This document shows positions 32,391-32,536 of a stretch of 32,536 bases of DNA, piece after piece; position 1 is the stretch's first letter, and every line of letters starts with the position of its first letter. The stretch comes from Acidobacteriota bacterium. GTDB taxonomy: Bacteria; Acidobacteriota; UBA6911; JACQSX01. The notes under the pieces were generated by a model. The model worked only from the letters and a program-made list of their open reading frames with translations. It was not told the origin of the DNA and did not search any database. The position numbers and the translations under genes were made by a program. The stretch covers positions 1 to 32,536 of the forward strand of contig DASYPF010000152.1 in the NCBI GenBank assembly GCA_036006905.1, in the 5' to 3' direction.

Positions 32391-32536
32391 ATGACTGATG
32401 ACTGATGACTGATGACTGATGACTGATGACTGATGACTGATGACTGATGACTGATGACTGATGACTGATGACTGATGACTGATGACTGATGACCAATGAC
32501 CGATGACCGATGACCGATGACCGATGACCGATGACC
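32391..32536. repeat. Perfect tandem array (ATGACTG)x14 followed by ATGACCA and (ATGACCG)x5+, running off the window
   Basis: Direct reading shows 98 bp of uninterrupted ATGACTG, then a switch to ATGACCG. It belongs to the same family as the 3' arm at 24108-24178. Confidence 0.95.

Noticed and set aside
32201-32392. ORF 32201-32392 (-)
   Set aside because: It is a translation of the TGTGACC/CCTGACC array (periodic QVTGQQV..SQVRKSQV).
1-32536. Search for tRNA, rRNA, tmRNA, SRP RNA or RNase P RNA, CIRCE or NrdR-box operators, and DnaA-box clusters
   Set aside because: No cloverleaf-compatible sequence with a GTTCRANYC T-loop was found. I also saw no conserved SRP or RNase P motifs, no TTAGCACTC-N9-GAGTGCTAA and no TTATCCACA clusters by eye. 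A covariance-model scan would be needed for certainty.

Overview
This 32.5-kb window looks chromosomal and carries mainly housekeeping genes. They are nrdR, hsp20, lon, thiL, rnc, a three-subunit acyl-CoA carboxylase (pccB-like CT, accC, BCCP), transaldolase/Fsa, hslVU, truA, glpX, thrC and nadB. There are also several envelope or secreted proteins: a putative HEXXH metallopeptidase with TPR repeats, a TPR protein, a beta-barrel/PKD/OmpA-like protein, a BNR/Asp-box propeller, an Fn3 lipoprotein and a CPBP protease. I found no rRNA, tRNA, CRISPR array, transposase, integrase or recognisable defence or toxin genes. The unusual content is non-coding. Almost every intergenic gap longer than about 150 bp is filled by long imperfect hairpins, roughly 4.4 kb or about 13% of the window by hand count. 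The hairpin arms are short tandem repeats, mostly of 7-nt period and sometimes 6 or 8 nt. Several unit families occur (GCGGATT, GGAATGC, GGTCGCA/GGTCGAA, GGTTCAA/GGTTCCG, GGTCATC, GGTCACA), some nested inside one another. In every complete heptamer hairpin (9 of 9) the GG-starting strand forms the 5' arm. The arrays often end within 0-12 nt of start codons, one lies between pccB and accC, and one heptamer palindrome is inserted in frame inside truA. Other repeat families are also present: a ~190-bp dispersed repeat with a conserved 23-nt core, a MITE-like family with GGCCGCAAATG termini, and a 660-bp stack of palindromes. The most unusual coding feature is a 111-aa protein whose C-terminal 80 residues are about 74% Asp/Glu. 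The repeat types and gene content suggest an Acidobacteria-like soil bacterium, but this is only an inference. Many ORFs in the supplied track are translations of these repeats and are rejected.
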